Source: Desulfatiglandales bacterium
Lineage (GTDB): Bacteria > Desulfobacterota > DSM-4660 > Desulfatiglandales > Desulfatiglandaceae
NCBI GenBank assembly: GCA_963666345.1
Contig: OY762721.1
Coordinates: 3,072,001 to 3,136,000, forward strand
Direction of reading: 5' to 3'
Length of the DNA: 64,000 nucleotides
Shown here: one piece after another, positions 48,831 to 59,450 of the stretch
Layout: every line of letters begins with the position of its first letter
Position numbering within the stretch: position 1 is the stretch's first letter
Translations under genes and position numbers: made by a program
Notes under the pieces: model-generated
Told to the model about the DNA's origin: nothing
Databases searched by the model: none
Seen by the model: the letters and a program-made list of their open reading frames with translations, nothing else

Positions 48831-49517
48831 ATGGGCTCACCTTTGAAAGGAGAAAAAGTGAGGGACAAAAAGAGGCGGGAGACTGTTAACGTCATACTGG
48901 ATGCGGCCACGGAAGTGTTTGCAGAGGTGGGTTTTGCGGGTGCTCGCGTCGATGAGATAGCCGTAAAGGCCGGAGTAAACAAGGCCATGATCTATTACCA
49001 CATAGGGGACAAAAAGACCCTTTATGCGAAAGTGCTTCAAAGGGTCTTTAAAAAGACTACGGATACCATTTCTCACGATATAAGAGACGATCGTTCACCT
49101 GAAGAGAAACTTGGTACCTATGTCGGAAACATGACATCGGCAATAGAAAACAACCCGCATATCCCTCCTATCATGCTGAGGGAACTGGCCTCGGGTGGAA
49201 AATCGTTTCCTCCGGTCGTTGCCGAGGATTTTTCAAATCTTCTTTCCACCCTCTGCGGCATCTTAAGTGATGGAGTTGATAAGGGCGTTTTCATAGAGGT
49301 TTCCCCTCTGATCCTCCATTTGATGATAGTCGGTACCTTTGTTCTCAGCAGGCGGGTCGATGTCCTGACTGAACAGGTTGAGGCAAAAGGCGCCTTGCGT
49401 GAAGCCATGAAGGGAGAAGGTCCTGAAACCGTTTCGGATCTGATAAGGCGGATACTGCTTAACGGTATAATAAAAAGGGATTCAAGGATTCCAGGCTCCG
49501 AGGGTTCAAGTGGATGA
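48831..49517 (+). CDS. TetR/AcrR regulator
   Basis: ILDAATEVFAEVGFAGARVDEIA..AGVNKAMIYYH; palindrome AACTAAACGTTTAGTT upstream. Confidence 0.92.
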   Translation: MGSPLKGEKVRDKKRRETVNVILDAATEVFAEVGFAGARVDEIAVKAGVNKAMIYYHIGDKKTLYAKVLQRVFKKTTDTISHDIRDDRSPEEKLGTYVGNMTSAIENNPHIPPIMLRELASGGKSFPPVVAEDFSNLLSTLCGILSDGVDKGVFIEVSPLILHLMIVGTFVLSRRVDVLTEQVEAKGALREAMKGEGPETVSDLIRRILLNGIIKRDSRIPGSEGSSG

Positions 49518-49592
49518 TATTTAAGAATGGTATCGCTGCATCATCGAATCTTCTATTGTTTGTATGAACATATTTTATAGATTAAAAAATAG

Positions 49593-49978
49593 GGATCATC
49601 TCCAAATTAGTTGGTCGATGATCAGGATTCAAGGATTCAAGGATTCAAGGGGTCGAGGGGTCGAGGGGTCGAGGGGTCGAGGGGTCGAGGGGTCGAGTGA
49701 AAGACTTAATAATTACGATAATATGAACGTAGCCCAATATTATATTATGTCAAGACTCTATATCGCCCATAGATGGAATATAAGGCCGTTAAAGTAAATA
49801 ATGCCATCTTTTGAGCTTTTTTTATCTAAGAGTCGTGTGCTTGAGGTAAAAAAGATAATTAGTTCTTGTACTTAAATATCTTTTACTTACAGATAAAACG
49901 ATTAAAAAAAACAAACACTTGAATCCTAGAACCCTAGAATCCTTGGCCACTTTCTCCCAACTAATTGGGAGAAGAACC
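49593..49978 (+). mobile_element. ISL3-like non-autonomous element with expanded 8-mer repeats
   Basis: GGATCATCTCC...GGGAGAAGAACC; 8-bp TSD AAAAATAG (49585-49592, 49979-49986); (GGATTCAA)3(GGGGTCGA)6. Confidence 0.85.
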
Positions 49979-50120
49979 AAAAATAGAACCCCAATCAATT
50001 TTTCTTTGTTTTTGACTCAGGCACTTGGCCTCTTGACTCCAGGAACACTTGGACCCTCTTCGCCAACTAAGTTGGAGAAGAATTAACGACCCCGGAAGAT
50101 AAATTAAAGGTGAAAAGGAC

Positions 50121-51308
50121 ATGAAAAAGCTCATAAGGATATTACTCCTGATCCTCATAGTGGGCCTTGGGTTCTGGGCATACCACTCCTTTATCAAGGG
50201 CCATGGCAGGGATGATTCGTTAACCCTTTCAGGTAATATAGAGGTTACCGAGATTCGACTCGGTTTCAAGGTCTCCGGACGGATGACCGAGCGTCTTGTA
50301 GATGAGGGAGACATCGTAAGAAAAGGACAACTCGTGGCCCTGCTTGAAAATACTGATGAAAGAATAGCGGTTTCCGAGGCCGGGGCAAGACTTTCCTACG
50401 CAGAGGCGGTTGTCTCGGAGCTAGAGGCGGGCAGTCGAAAGGAGGATATAAGAAAGGCCCTGGCAATGGTGAGGGAGAAAACCGCCAGGCTCCGGGAGCT
50501 TCAAAAGGGATTCCGGAGCCAGGAGATAGAGGCGTCACGCGCTGAAGTCGAAAGGGCCAGAGCATTACTTGAAGGGGCCGGGTCTCAGCTTGAACTGGCA
50601 AGGGCGGATTATGAACGCTACAAAGACCTCAGAAAGCAGGGGGTTGTCAGCGAAAGCGAATACGATATCGTTTACAGGAGGTTCGAATCCGCTCTCAGTT
50701 CTTATGAGGAGGCAGGGGCGGGGCTCAGGAGCGCCGGGGAAAATCTGGATCTCAGACAGGAAGGAACCAGATCCGAACGAATAGCACAGGCTCGTCAGGC
50801 CCTTGAGCAGGCAGAGGCAAACTATGAGCTTGTAAAGACCGGCCCCAGGATCGAGACCATTGAACAGGCAAGGGCCCAGGCCGATGTCGCCCGCGAAGCA
50901 CTTCGCAGCGCTCAACAGAAACTCATCTATACAAAACTCTTTTCCCCTTCAGACGGTATCGTCCTGTCCAAGGCGGCCGAGCCGGGTGAGTACGTCAACC
51001 CCGGTTCTCCGGTCATAACCGTGGGCGATCTTGATAATGTGTGGCTCAGGGCCTATGTGAATGAGAAAGACATGGGCCTGGTGACCCTGGGCCGGGAGGT
51101 TGAGGTCACGACGGATGCCGGCCCCGGGAAAATCTACAAGGGAAAACTCACTTTCATAAGCAGTGAGGCGGAGTTTACCCCAAAGTCGGTCCAGACCTTT
51201 GAGGAGCGTGTGAAATTGATGTACCGGATAAAGGTGAGTATACAAAATCCAAACCGGGAGCTTAAGATAGGGCAGCCTGCCGACGCAAGATTCAGGACCG
51301 GAAGGTAG
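50121..51308 (+). CDS. HlyD-family membrane fusion protein (YbhG-like)
   Basis: SGNIE, lipoyl half motifs, coiled coil, AEFTPK. Confidence 0.92.
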   Translation: MKKLIRILLLILIVGLGFWAYHSFIKGHGRDDSLTLSGNIEVTEIRLGFKVSGRMTERLVDEGDIVRKGQLVALLENTDERIAVSEAGARLSYAEAVVSELEAGSRKEDIRKALAMVREKTARLRELQKGFRSQEIEASRAEVERARALLEGAGSQLELARADYERYKDLRKQGVVSESEYDIVYRRFESALSSYEEAGAGLRSAGENLDLRQEGTRSERIAQARQALEQAEANYELVKTGPRIETIEQARAQADVAREALRSAQQKLIYTKLFSPSDGIVLSKAAEPGEYVNPGSPVITVGDLDNVWLRAYVNEKDMGLVTLGREVEVTTDAGPGKIYKGKLTFISSEAEFTPKSVQTFEERVKLMYRIKVSIQNPNRELKIGQPADARFRTGR

Positions 51309-51312
51309 GCCC

Positions 51313-53244
51313 ATGGCCCGCTTTCACACGGCAATAGAGGCCAAAGGCCTTACAAAGCGCTTTAATGAGCTTACCGCGGTTGACGGGCTGTCCTTTGAAG
51401 TCGGACCGGGTGAAATCTTCGGACTCGTAGGGCCTGACGGTGCCGGAAAATCCACTACCCTCAGGATGCTGACCGCTATCCTGACACCATCGGAAGGGAC
51501 CGTACGGGTCGCAGGCTGTGACGTGACCGAAGACCCCCTCGGTGTAAAGGACAGGATCGCATACATGAGCCAGCGCTTTGGCCTGTACATGGACCTCACG
51601 GTAAGGGAAAACATAGAATTCTACTCGCGCCTTTACAATGTCCCCAAAAAAGGCAGAAAAAAGCGAATCGAAGAACTCCTTGACTTCAGTTACATGTTAC
51701 CCTTCAAAAACCGGAGAGCGGGAAACCTTTCAGGGGGAATGAAACAGAAACTTCAACTGATCTGCGCACTTATCCATACCCCGGAGGTCCTGCTGCTGGA
51801 TGAGCCTACGAACGGGGTCGACCCCGTAAGCAGGAGGGATTTCTGGCGCATCCTTTACCGGTTGTTGAAGCAGGGTGTCGCCATAGTGGTTACTACCGCG
51901 TATATGGACGAGGCTGAAAGATGCGGCAGGGTGGGACTGCTGGACCACGGCAGACTCCTGGCTGCAGGGTCCCCATCCGATGTAAGGGGCCTTGTAAAGG
52001 GAAAGATAATCGCCGTTCGAAGCAGTGAGGCGAGAAAGGTGAGCAGGCTGTTTTCCAGGAAAATGAGATCTGAAAGCATCAATGTGTTTGGAGATAATGT
52101 CCATGTCTTGACCTCCAATCCGTATGATACGGAAAGACAAGTGAGAGAACTGCTTGAAGCCGGGCGGATTCCATGGAATGAAATCCGAACTCAGGCCCCT
52201 TCCATGGAGGATGTCTTTGTCAGTATACTGGGAGGCAACAGTGACAAAAAAGAGATCAGGATGAAAGGAAGGGAAATTGTAAAACAGGAAATAGAAAAAA
52301 CTTCGAAGGAAAATGACTCACATGCCGTGAGCGTGAGCCGGCTTACAAAGCGCTTCGGTGATTTTACAGCGGTAAACAGCGTGAATTTTGAAGTGGCAAG
52401 AGGTGAGATATTCGGATTTCTGGGGCCTAACGGCGCGGGTAAAAGTACCGTGATAAAAATGCTTTGCGGTCTTCTTCCTCCAAGCGAAGGAAGCGGCACG
52501 GTTCATGGATTCGATGTCAATACCCAGTCCGAACAGATCAAACGCCACATAGGGTACATGAGTCAGAAGTTTTCCCTATACGAAGACCTTGCGGTCGAGG
52601 AAAACATAGATTTCTACGGCGGAATTTACGGGCTCAAAGGAGGTCGTCTTGAACAGCGAAAGGCCTGGGCGGTTGAAACGGCAGGCCTTAAAGGACATGA
52701 AAAAGATAAAACCTCGATCCTGAGCGGGGGATGGAAGCAGCGCCTGGCCATGGCCTGCGCCTGCCTGCACCAGCCTCCCGTGATATTTCTCGATGAACCC
52801 ACAAGCGGGGTGGACCCTCTGAGCCGCAGGCGCTTCTGGGACCTTATCTATGAGATGGCGGAGGCCGGAACTACGATTTTTGTGACCACCCACTACATGG
52901 AAGAGGCTGAGTACTGTGACCGGATAGCCCTCATATTCAGAGGCGACATGATCGCTCTCGGAACACCGGCTGATCTGAAGACAAAAAGAATGCGCCATAA
53001 GATACTCGATATCAAATGTCCCGATCCTGAAAGGGTGCTCGAAGCTCTGAGTTCCTTGAAATCGGTAAGGGACGCGGCCCTTTTCGGAGCGGGCATTCAC
53101 GCGGTTGTGACAGATGATGAAAAGGCTCTCAGCGAAATCGGCTGCGAACTCAAAAGACTTGGTTCCGAGCCCTATGAAATTGAAAAACGCTCTCCCACAA
53201 TGGAAGATCTCTTTGTATCTCTTATCGAAGAGGCATCCAAATGA
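51313..53244 (+). CDS. ABC transporter ATP-binding protein, two NBDs (YbhF-like)
   Basis: Two Walker A, LSGG and DEPT sets. Confidence 0.95.
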   Translation: MARFHTAIEAKGLTKRFNELTAVDGLSFEVGPGEIFGLVGPDGAGKSTTLRMLTAILTPSEGTVRVAGCDVTEDPLGVKDRIAYMSQRFGLYMDLTVRENIEFYSRLYNVPKKGRKKRIEELLDFSYMLPFKNRRAGNLSGGMKQKLQLICALIHTPEVLLLDEPTNGVDPVSRRDFWRILYRLLKQGVAIVVTTAYMDEAERCGRVGLLDHGRLLAAGSPSDVRGLVKGKIIAVRSSEARKVSRLFSRKMRSESINVFGDNVHVLTSNPYDTERQVRELLEAGRIPWNEIRTQAPSMEDVFVSILGGNSDKKEIRMKGREIVKQEIEKTSKENDSHAVSVSRLTKRFGDFTAVNSVNFEVARGEIFGFLGPNGAGKSTVIKMLCGLLPPSEGSGTVHGFDVNTQSEQIKRHIGYMSQKFSLYEDLAVEENIDFYGGIYGLKGGRLEQRKAWAVETAGLKGHEKDKTSILSGGWKQRLAMACACLHQPPVIFLDEPTSGVDPLSRRRFWDLIYEMAEAGTTIFVTTHYMEEAEYCDRIALIFRGDMIALGTPADLKTKRMRHKILDIKCPDPERVLEALSSLKSVRDAALFGAGIHAVVTDDEKALSEIGCELKRLGSEPYEIEKRSPTMEDLFVSLIEEASK

Positions 53245-54377
53245 TAAGCCTTAATCGATTTTACGCTATCGCGCAAAAGGAATTCATACATATTGTCAGA
53301 GACTGGCGAAGTCTCTTCCTAGCGTTGGCTATCCCCATGGTCCTCATACTTCTTTTCGGTTACGCCCTAACCCTGGATCTCAAAAATGTCCCCACCATAG
53401 TGCTTGACAGGTCGGGCTCACCTCAAAGCCGCCGGCTTTTGAGTCTCTTCGACGGATCTCCCTATTTTTCTATAACGCGGTTCTGTTATGATTACAGGGA
53501 GATCGAAGATGCCCTTGACAGGGGAAGGGCGATGCTGGCGATTGTCATACCGGGCGATTTCAGCAGAAAGCTTCTTTCCGGTAAGAATGTGAAGATCCAG
53601 GTCCTTGCGGATGGAAGCGACGCAAACAGCGCCCGGCTGGCACTGGGCTATGTGAAAAGCCTTGCAATGATATATTCGGAAAAAATCCAGGCCGAAAGGG
53701 TCAGCCTGGCAGGTAAAGACAGTGTCGCCACTCCCGTAAGACTCAACTTCAGGGCCATGTACAACCCCGACCTGAGAAGCCAGAACACCATAATCCCCGG
53801 AATACTGGCAGTGGTTATGGTCGTAATCGCCGCCATGCTTACGAGTGTTACGGTCGCCAGAGAATGGGAGACGGGCAGCATGGAACAGCTCATAAGCACC
53901 CCGGTAAGGGTGCCCGAACTGGTCCTTGGCAAGGTGGGTCCCTACTTCATAATCGGCATGGTCGATGTCGCAATTGCCGTTTTTATGGGACGCTGGCTTT
54001 TCGAAGTTCCCCTTAGAGGCAATGCAGGCCTTCTTTTTGCGGTGGCGGCAATATTTTTGACCGGGGCGCTTTTTTTCGGCATGCTTCTCAGTATCGTTCT
54101 AAAGACCCAGGTCCTTGCCAACCAGATGGCCATTCTGGGAAGTTATCTTCCTACCCTGCTTTTGAGCGGGTTTGTATTTGCAATAGAAAACATGCCGCAC
54201 CCCATTCAGATCCTTACATATATAGTGCCTGCAAGGTATTTCATAGCCCTTTTAAGGGGTATTTATCTGAAAGGAATCGGGCTTGAGACATTGTGGTTAA
54301 ACGTCCTTCTGCTGACCCTCTACGCGCTTATAATGGTCATCCTGGCAAACAGGAAGATGAGACTTTCCCTGGAGTAA
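53241..54377 (+). CDS. ABC-2 permease (YbhS-like)
   Basis: KEF..RD, YNP, REWETGSMEQL..TP. Confidence 0.92.
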   Translation: MISLNRFYAIAQKEFIHIVRDWRSLFLALAIPMVLILLFGYALTLDLKNVPTIVLDRSGSPQSRRLLSLFDGSPYFSITRFCYDYREIEDALDRGRAMLAIVIPGDFSRKLLSGKNVKIQVLADGSDANSARLALGYVKSLAMIYSEKIQAERVSLAGKDSVATPVRLNFRAMYNPDLRSQNTIIPGILAVVMVVIAAMLTSVTVAREWETGSMEQLISTPVRVPELVLGKVGPYFIIGMVDVAIAVFMGRWLFEVPLRGNAGLLFAVAAIFLTGALFFGMLLSIVLKTQVLANQMAILGSYLPTLLLSGFVFAIENMPHPIQILTYIVPARYFIALLRGIYLKGIGLETLWLNVLLLTLYALIMVILANRKMRLSLE

Positions 54378-54380
54378 AAT

Positions 54381-55508
54381 ATGCTGGAACGGATTAAAAG
54401 GATGCTGGTTAAGGAGTTCCTTCAGATGCTGAGAGACCCCCGTATGAGGGTGGTGGTATTCGGCGCCCCCGTCATCCAGATGACCGTTCTTGCCTTTGCC
54501 CTGACAACTGACGTGGATCGGATAAAGATGGCGCTTATCGATTCGGACAGGAGCCCTGCCTCCAGACAGATCGTCGAGAAAATGACATCAAGCGGCCATT
54601 TCGAAATCCATGAACTGCCTGCCAAAGGGGCCGGCGACCGGCTTCTTGATGAGGGATCGGTAAGGGCGCTTATGCATCTGCCCGCGGGCCTTGGAAACGA
54701 TCTTAAACGGGGAGAAAGCGCAGGCATACAGCTGCTGGTAGACGGAACGGACAGCAACACTACCTCTATCGTACTGGCATATGCCTCTCAGATCATACAG
54801 GAATATTCAAACCGGCTGCTTGCCGAAAATCTGGAAAAGGCCCCGGGCCTTTCCGTGGTGCCGGGCCGAATCGAGATAGAGGCGCGCGCCTGGTTTAATC
54901 CGAACCTGGAATCCAGGTACTATTATGTGCCCGGACTGATCGCTGTTATGCTGCTTCTCGTCAGCATGATACTTGCCAGCATAGCGATAGTTAAAGAAAA
55001 GGAGATCGGGACCATCGAGCAGATAATGGTCACACCCATAAGCCGCCTCGAATTCATACTGGGAAAGACCATTCCCTTCATGATCACCGGTTTTATAACA
55101 ATGACGATCATGTTTATGGTGGCCATGCTTATATTCGGTATCCAGGTCCAGGGCAGCTGGCTGCTTCTGTATATACTTACCGGAGTTTATCTCGCCGGCA
55201 ATCTGGGCCTTGCCCTCCTTGTAAGCGCCGGGTCCTCCACACAGCAGCAGGCCCTGTTGACCGCCTTTTTGATCCTTATGCCCTCCATCCTTCTAAGCGG
55301 TTTCATGTTCCCCATAAGCAACATGCCTGAGCCCGTGCAGTATGTCACGTTTCTTAATCCGATGAGCTGGTATCTCGAGATATTGAGGGGCGTAGTCATG
55401 AAGGGGGTAGGCATAGAGTCCCTGTGGGGCCCTGCAGCCGCGCAGTCGGTCCTGGCATTCCTTGCAATTCTGACCGCCTCTCTGAGATTTAAGAAGACCC
55501 TGGAATAG
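54381..55508 (+). CDS. ABC-2 permease (YbhR-like)
   Basis: WFNPNL, KEKEIGTIEQ..TP, LLSGFMFPI. Confidence 0.92.
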   Translation: MLERIKRMLVKEFLQMLRDPRMRVVVFGAPVIQMTVLAFALTTDVDRIKMALIDSDRSPASRQIVEKMTSSGHFEIHELPAKGAGDRLLDEGSVRALMHLPAGLGNDLKRGESAGIQLLVDGTDSNTTSIVLAYASQIIQEYSNRLLAENLEKAPGLSVVPGRIEIEARAWFNPNLESRYYYVPGLIAVMLLLVSMILASIAIVKEKEIGTIEQIMVTPISRLEFILGKTIPFMITGFITMTIMFMVAMLIFGIQVQGSWLLLYILTGVYLAGNLGLALLVSAGSSTQQQALLTAFLILMPSILLSGFMFPISNMPEPVQYVTFLNPMSWYLEILRGVVMKGVGIESLWGPAAAQSVLAFLAILTASLRFKKTLE

Positions 55509-55733
55509 GCAGTAAACCCGTCACCGGGGCCTGTTTTTCCCGCATAGCCCGGGAAAGACTCTCCCTTGCCTGCAGGTAATAGGACTGGAAATGTGAAGGC
55601 TTCCGTGGTAATCTCCCTGCATTAATTTGTGCACGCCCGGCCTGGCAGGATGAAATTTTTGCCCCTTGAGTTTTTCCCGGGTGAGCCTTCAAAGGTTCTT
55701 TTTGATTAACAATAATTGATGGTATTTCAGATT

Positions 55734-57647
55734 ATGCAGTCAAAGTGGGAAGATATTTATGAAGGCAAAAGGGTCACCCTTGAAAAGGCGCTCCAAGCCG
55801 TAAAAAGGGGGGCAAAGGTATTTATCGGGACGGCGTGCGCAGAACCGCAGTTTCTTTTTAACGGTCTCATAGAAAACGCCTCCAACCTGAGAGGGGTGGA
55901 ACTGCTGCACTTTGTCACCCTCGGGAAAAAGCCCTATAGTGAAAAGAGATTCGACTCAAGGTTCCGCCACAACGCATTTTTTGTGGGACCCAACAGCCGC
56001 GATGCCATAAATCAGGCAAGGGCCGATTATACGCCCGTTTTTATCTCCGAGATCCCCGACCTGTTCAGGCGGCGGATCGTATCTCTTGATGTGGCGTTGG
56101 TGCAGACTTCCTACCCCGACACCCATGGATTCGTGAGTCTCGGCATATCCGTGGATATTGTAAAGGCTGCGGTCGAATCATCAAAGGTAGTCATTGCCCA
56201 GGTAAACAGGCATATGCCCCGGACACTTGGTGAAACATTTATCCATTTAAGCGAACTCGACTTCATAGTCGAGCATGATGACCGGCTGGTTGAATTCGAA
56301 TATCCCGAACCTGACGAAGTCGGCATGAAGATCGTAGCCAATGCCTCAAAACTCATAAATGACGGGGACACCATCCATGCGGGGTTCGGTCATCTTCCCT
56401 ATGGCGTGCTGTCCCGTCTCAAGGGCAAAAGAAACCTCGGTATCCATACCGAAGTTATGAGCGACGCCATAATCGATCTTATAGAGTGCGGCGCGGTTAC
56501 GGGAAAATACAAATCGATCAACCCGGGAAAAGTAGTGTGCAGCTTTTGCATAGGAACGGAGAGGACCTATGAATATGTTAACGATAACCCACGAATTGCC
56601 TTTTTCCCTGCCGAGTATGTCTACAATCCGATCATAATAGCAGGAAATGACAGGATGGTTTCCATCGGAAGCGCGCTCGAGGTTGATCTGAGCGGTCAGA
56701 TCTGCTCCGAGTCTAAGGGCTTTCACTTTTACAGCGGAATAGGGGGAAGACTCGATTTTATAAGAGGCGCGGCCATGTCCAAGGGGGGGAAGTCGATCAT
56801 AACCCTTCCTTCCTCCACAAAGGACGGCACCCAGTCAAGAATAATGCCGCACCTTCAGGAGGGCTCCAGTGTAGTGGCGACCAGGGGCGATGTCCATTAC
56901 GTTGTGACCGAATACGGGATAGCCTATCTGCACGGCCGTTCGATAAGGGAAAGGGCCATGGCCCTTATAAATATAGCCCACCCCAAATTCAGAAAAGAAC
57001 TCCTGGAAGAGGCCAAAAGAAGGGCGTACGTCTACCCTGACCAGATCTTTATCCATACCAGGACCCATCCCTATCCGGAAGAGGAAGAAACGAGTGTGAA
57101 ACTGATTGACCATACCAAGGTGACCATACGCCCGGTAAAGCCGACGGATGAGCCGCTTCTTCAGGATTTTTTCTACTCGCACTCCGATGAAACCATTTAC
57201 AGGCGATATTTCCGCTCCGTACGCGCGATGCCTCACGCGACCGCCCAGACGCTTGTTAACGTGGATTACAAGGATACCATGGCACTTGTCGCCACCCTGG
57301 GTGCCATAGGTTTTGAAAGGATAATCGGGGTGGGCCGCTATGGGGCTGAATCCGACAGACCTGGCATGGTCGAGGTGGCCTTTACTGTACACGAAGATTA
57401 CCAGGGCAAGGGCCTTGGCGCCATACTCGTCAAGCGCCTTGAGGACTACGCGCGTCGTAAGGGCTTCAAGGGGGTGTCGGGGTATCTTTTTCAGGACAAT
57501 ACAGCCATGTTGAAGATTTTTGCAAAACAGGGCCCTTATCACGGAGAAGATTTCGAAGACGGTATATTGAGGGTCTGGCACATGTTTGATGAAAGGGAAG
57601 AGGCGGATAAGACACAACAGGCCCGGAAGGAACCGACTCCCAAATGA
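55734..57647 (+). CDS. Acetyl-CoA hydrolase/transferase fused to C-terminal GNAT
   Basis: LGIHTE, SGIGGRLDF, VVTEYG; YQGKGLG in GNAT domain. Confidence 0.9.
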   Translation: MQSKWEDIYEGKRVTLEKALQAVKRGAKVFIGTACAEPQFLFNGLIENASNLRGVELLHFVTLGKKPYSEKRFDSRFRHNAFFVGPNSRDAINQARADYTPVFISEIPDLFRRRIVSLDVALVQTSYPDTHGFVSLGISVDIVKAAVESSKVVIAQVNRHMPRTLGETFIHLSELDFIVEHDDRLVEFEYPEPDEVGMKIVANASKLINDGDTIHAGFGHLPYGVLSRLKGKRNLGIHTEVMSDAIIDLIECGAVTGKYKSINPGKVVCSFCIGTERTYEYVNDNPRIAFFPAEYVYNPIIIAGNDRMVSIGSALEVDLSGQICSESKGFHFYSGIGGRLDFIRGAAMSKGGKSIITLPSSTKDGTQSRIMPHLQEGSSVVATRGDVHYVVTEYGIAYLHGRSIRERAMALINIAHPKFRKELLEEAKRRAYVYPDQIFIHTRTHPYPEEEETSVKLIDHTKVTIRPVKPTDEPLLQDFFYSHSDETIYRRYFRSVRAMPHATAQTLVNVDYKDTMALVATLGAIGFERIIGVGRYGAESDRPGMVEVAFTVHEDYQGKGLGAILVKRLEDYARRKGFKGVSGYLFQDNTAMLKIFAKQGPYHGEDFEDGILRVWHMFDEREEADKTQQARKEPTPK

Positions 57648-58999
57648 CGGCAAAAATCAAATCGGTTTTCATATGTCAGAACTGCGGGTACCAGACTCCC
57701 AAGTGGATGGGCAGATGCCCTGACTGCGGTCAGTGGAACTGCATGGTAGAAGAGCTTGAGGAAAATGAAAAGGCCGTCAAAAGGCCGTTTCTTAAGGGCC
57801 GTCCAAAGGGTATAAACAATATATCCCTTGTGTCCGAGATGAGGCTCAAGACCGGCATGGATGAATTCGACAGGACCCTGGGCGGGGGAGTAGTCCCCGG
57901 CTCCCTTATCCTTATAGGTGGAGATCCGGGCATAGGAAAATCCACCCTGATACTCCAGGCGGCGGAAAGACTGGCACAGAAGGGGCTTGTTTGCCTCTAT
58001 ATCTCAGGAGAGGAATCACCGGCGCAGATCAAGCTCAGGGCTGAAAGGCTGAACGTTAATTCCGAGAACCTCTATGTAATAACCGGAACCTGCATCGAGG
58101 CCCTATTTGAGGAGGTGGAACCTCTAAAGCCCGACCTGATGATCATAGATTCGATACAATCGGTCTACACCGATTCCCTGAACTCGGCCCCCGGCAGCGT
58201 AGGTCAATTGAGAGAGACCTCATCACGGCTCATGGTCTTTTCAAAGGAGACCGGCATCCCGGTGTTTCTGATAGGCCATGTAACCAAGGAGGGCGCGATC
58301 GCAGGTCCCAAGGTGCTCGAACACTTGGTAGACACGGTCCTCTATTTTGAAGGGGAAAGAGGGCATCTTTTCAGGGTCCTGAGGTCCGTGAAAAACCGTT
58401 ACGGATCAACTAATGAGATAGGCATCTTTGAGATGAAAGACAGCGGCCTTGCCGAGGTCGGAAACCCCTCCAGGCTTTTTCTGGAAGAGAGGCCGCAGGA
58501 TGTCTCAGGCTCCGTGGTCATCCCATGTATCGAGGGAACCAGGCCCCTGCTGCTGGAGATACAGGCCCTGGTCGGCCCAAGCCCCCTGGGCATGCCCAGA
58601 AGGACCACCCTGGGTGTTGATCACAACCGGATATCGCTGCTGGTTGCGGTGCTCGGAAAAAAGATGGGTCTGGAGCTTGGAGATCAGGACATATTCGTCA
58701 ACGTGGCAGGCGGCCTGAAAGTGGATGAGCCTGCAGCAGATCTGGGTATAATATCGGCCATGATATCCAGTTTCCTGGACAGGCCTGTGGAAAGGCATCT
58801 GGTCATGTTCGGTGAGGTCGGTCTTGCAGGAGAGATCCGGGGGGTAAGCCAGCCTGAAATGAGGATCAGGGAGGCGCGGAAACTGGGGTTTTCAAGGTGC
58901 GTCCTGGCCAAAAGCAATCTTGAAGGGTCGGCTTCCATCAAGGGTATGACACTTGACGGGGTGGAAACGATAAAGGAACTCTACGACATACTTTTTTAA
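57644..58999 (+). CDS. radA: DNA repair protein RadA/Sms
   Basis: C4 zinc finger, GDPGIGKST, KNRYG, GEVGLAGE. Confidence 0.97.
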   Translation: MTAKIKSVFICQNCGYQTPKWMGRCPDCGQWNCMVEELEENEKAVKRPFLKGRPKGINNISLVSEMRLKTGMDEFDRTLGGGVVPGSLILIGGDPGIGKSTLILQAAERLAQKGLVCLYISGEESPAQIKLRAERLNVNSENLYVITGTCIEALFEEVEPLKPDLMIIDSIQSVYTDSLNSAPGSVGQLRETSSRLMVFSKETGIPVFLIGHVTKEGAIAGPKVLEHLVDTVLYFEGERGHLFRVLRSVKNRYGSTNEIGIFEMKDSGLAEVGNPSRLFLEERPQDVSGSVVIPCIEGTRPLLLEIQALVGPSPLGMPRRTTLGVDHNRISLLVAVLGKKMGLELGDQDIFVNVAGGLKVDEPAADLGIISAMISSFLDRPVERHLVMFGEVGLAGEIRGVSQPEMRIREARKLGFSRCVLAKSNLEGSASIKGMTLDGVETIKELYDILF

Positions 59000-59134
59000 C
59001 GGCCCCACCGAACCTGCCGGCCGTTTAAGATCAGGTTTGCCGGTCTTGGGCAGGCACCTGATACGTAACCACCTTTTCGGAAAATCCCTTAATCTCCACA
59101 GGCGGTTTTTTTGACAGGGGCCGGGGATTTTACC

Positions 59135-59450
59135 CTTTTCGATCCTCTCCCTTTCGGAAAGCCCCCTTATCATGCGGTTGCCTGCATCCCCCAGATCCCC
59201 GATCTCGTCATTTGAAAAGACCTTTATCCTCGTGGAAAAATCCCCCTCCCTTACCCTGCCGACGACTCCGAGTATCTCATTGAGAGGGTTGAGGATCGAT
59301 CCCTCCACCAGAGAATTCAATCTCAGCGCGATAAAGAAAAAGACGCCCACCAGAGCGGCGGCGAACATAAGGATCTCTTTTGCCAGTTCATAGGGCGATA
59401 TGGGAAAGTCTTTGAGCTCCAGGAGTGTCAGAAGCAGGGCCTCTCTGGTT
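59135..59450 (-). pseudogene. TM-HAMP fragment of a signalling protein
   Basis: ILNPLNEI..VREGDF..SNDEIGDL..NRMIRGLSERERI with no output domain. Confidence 0.65.

Noticed and set aside
49625..49696. Tandem repeats as a CRISPR array
   Set aside because: Contiguous 8-mers with no spacers; no cas genes in the window.
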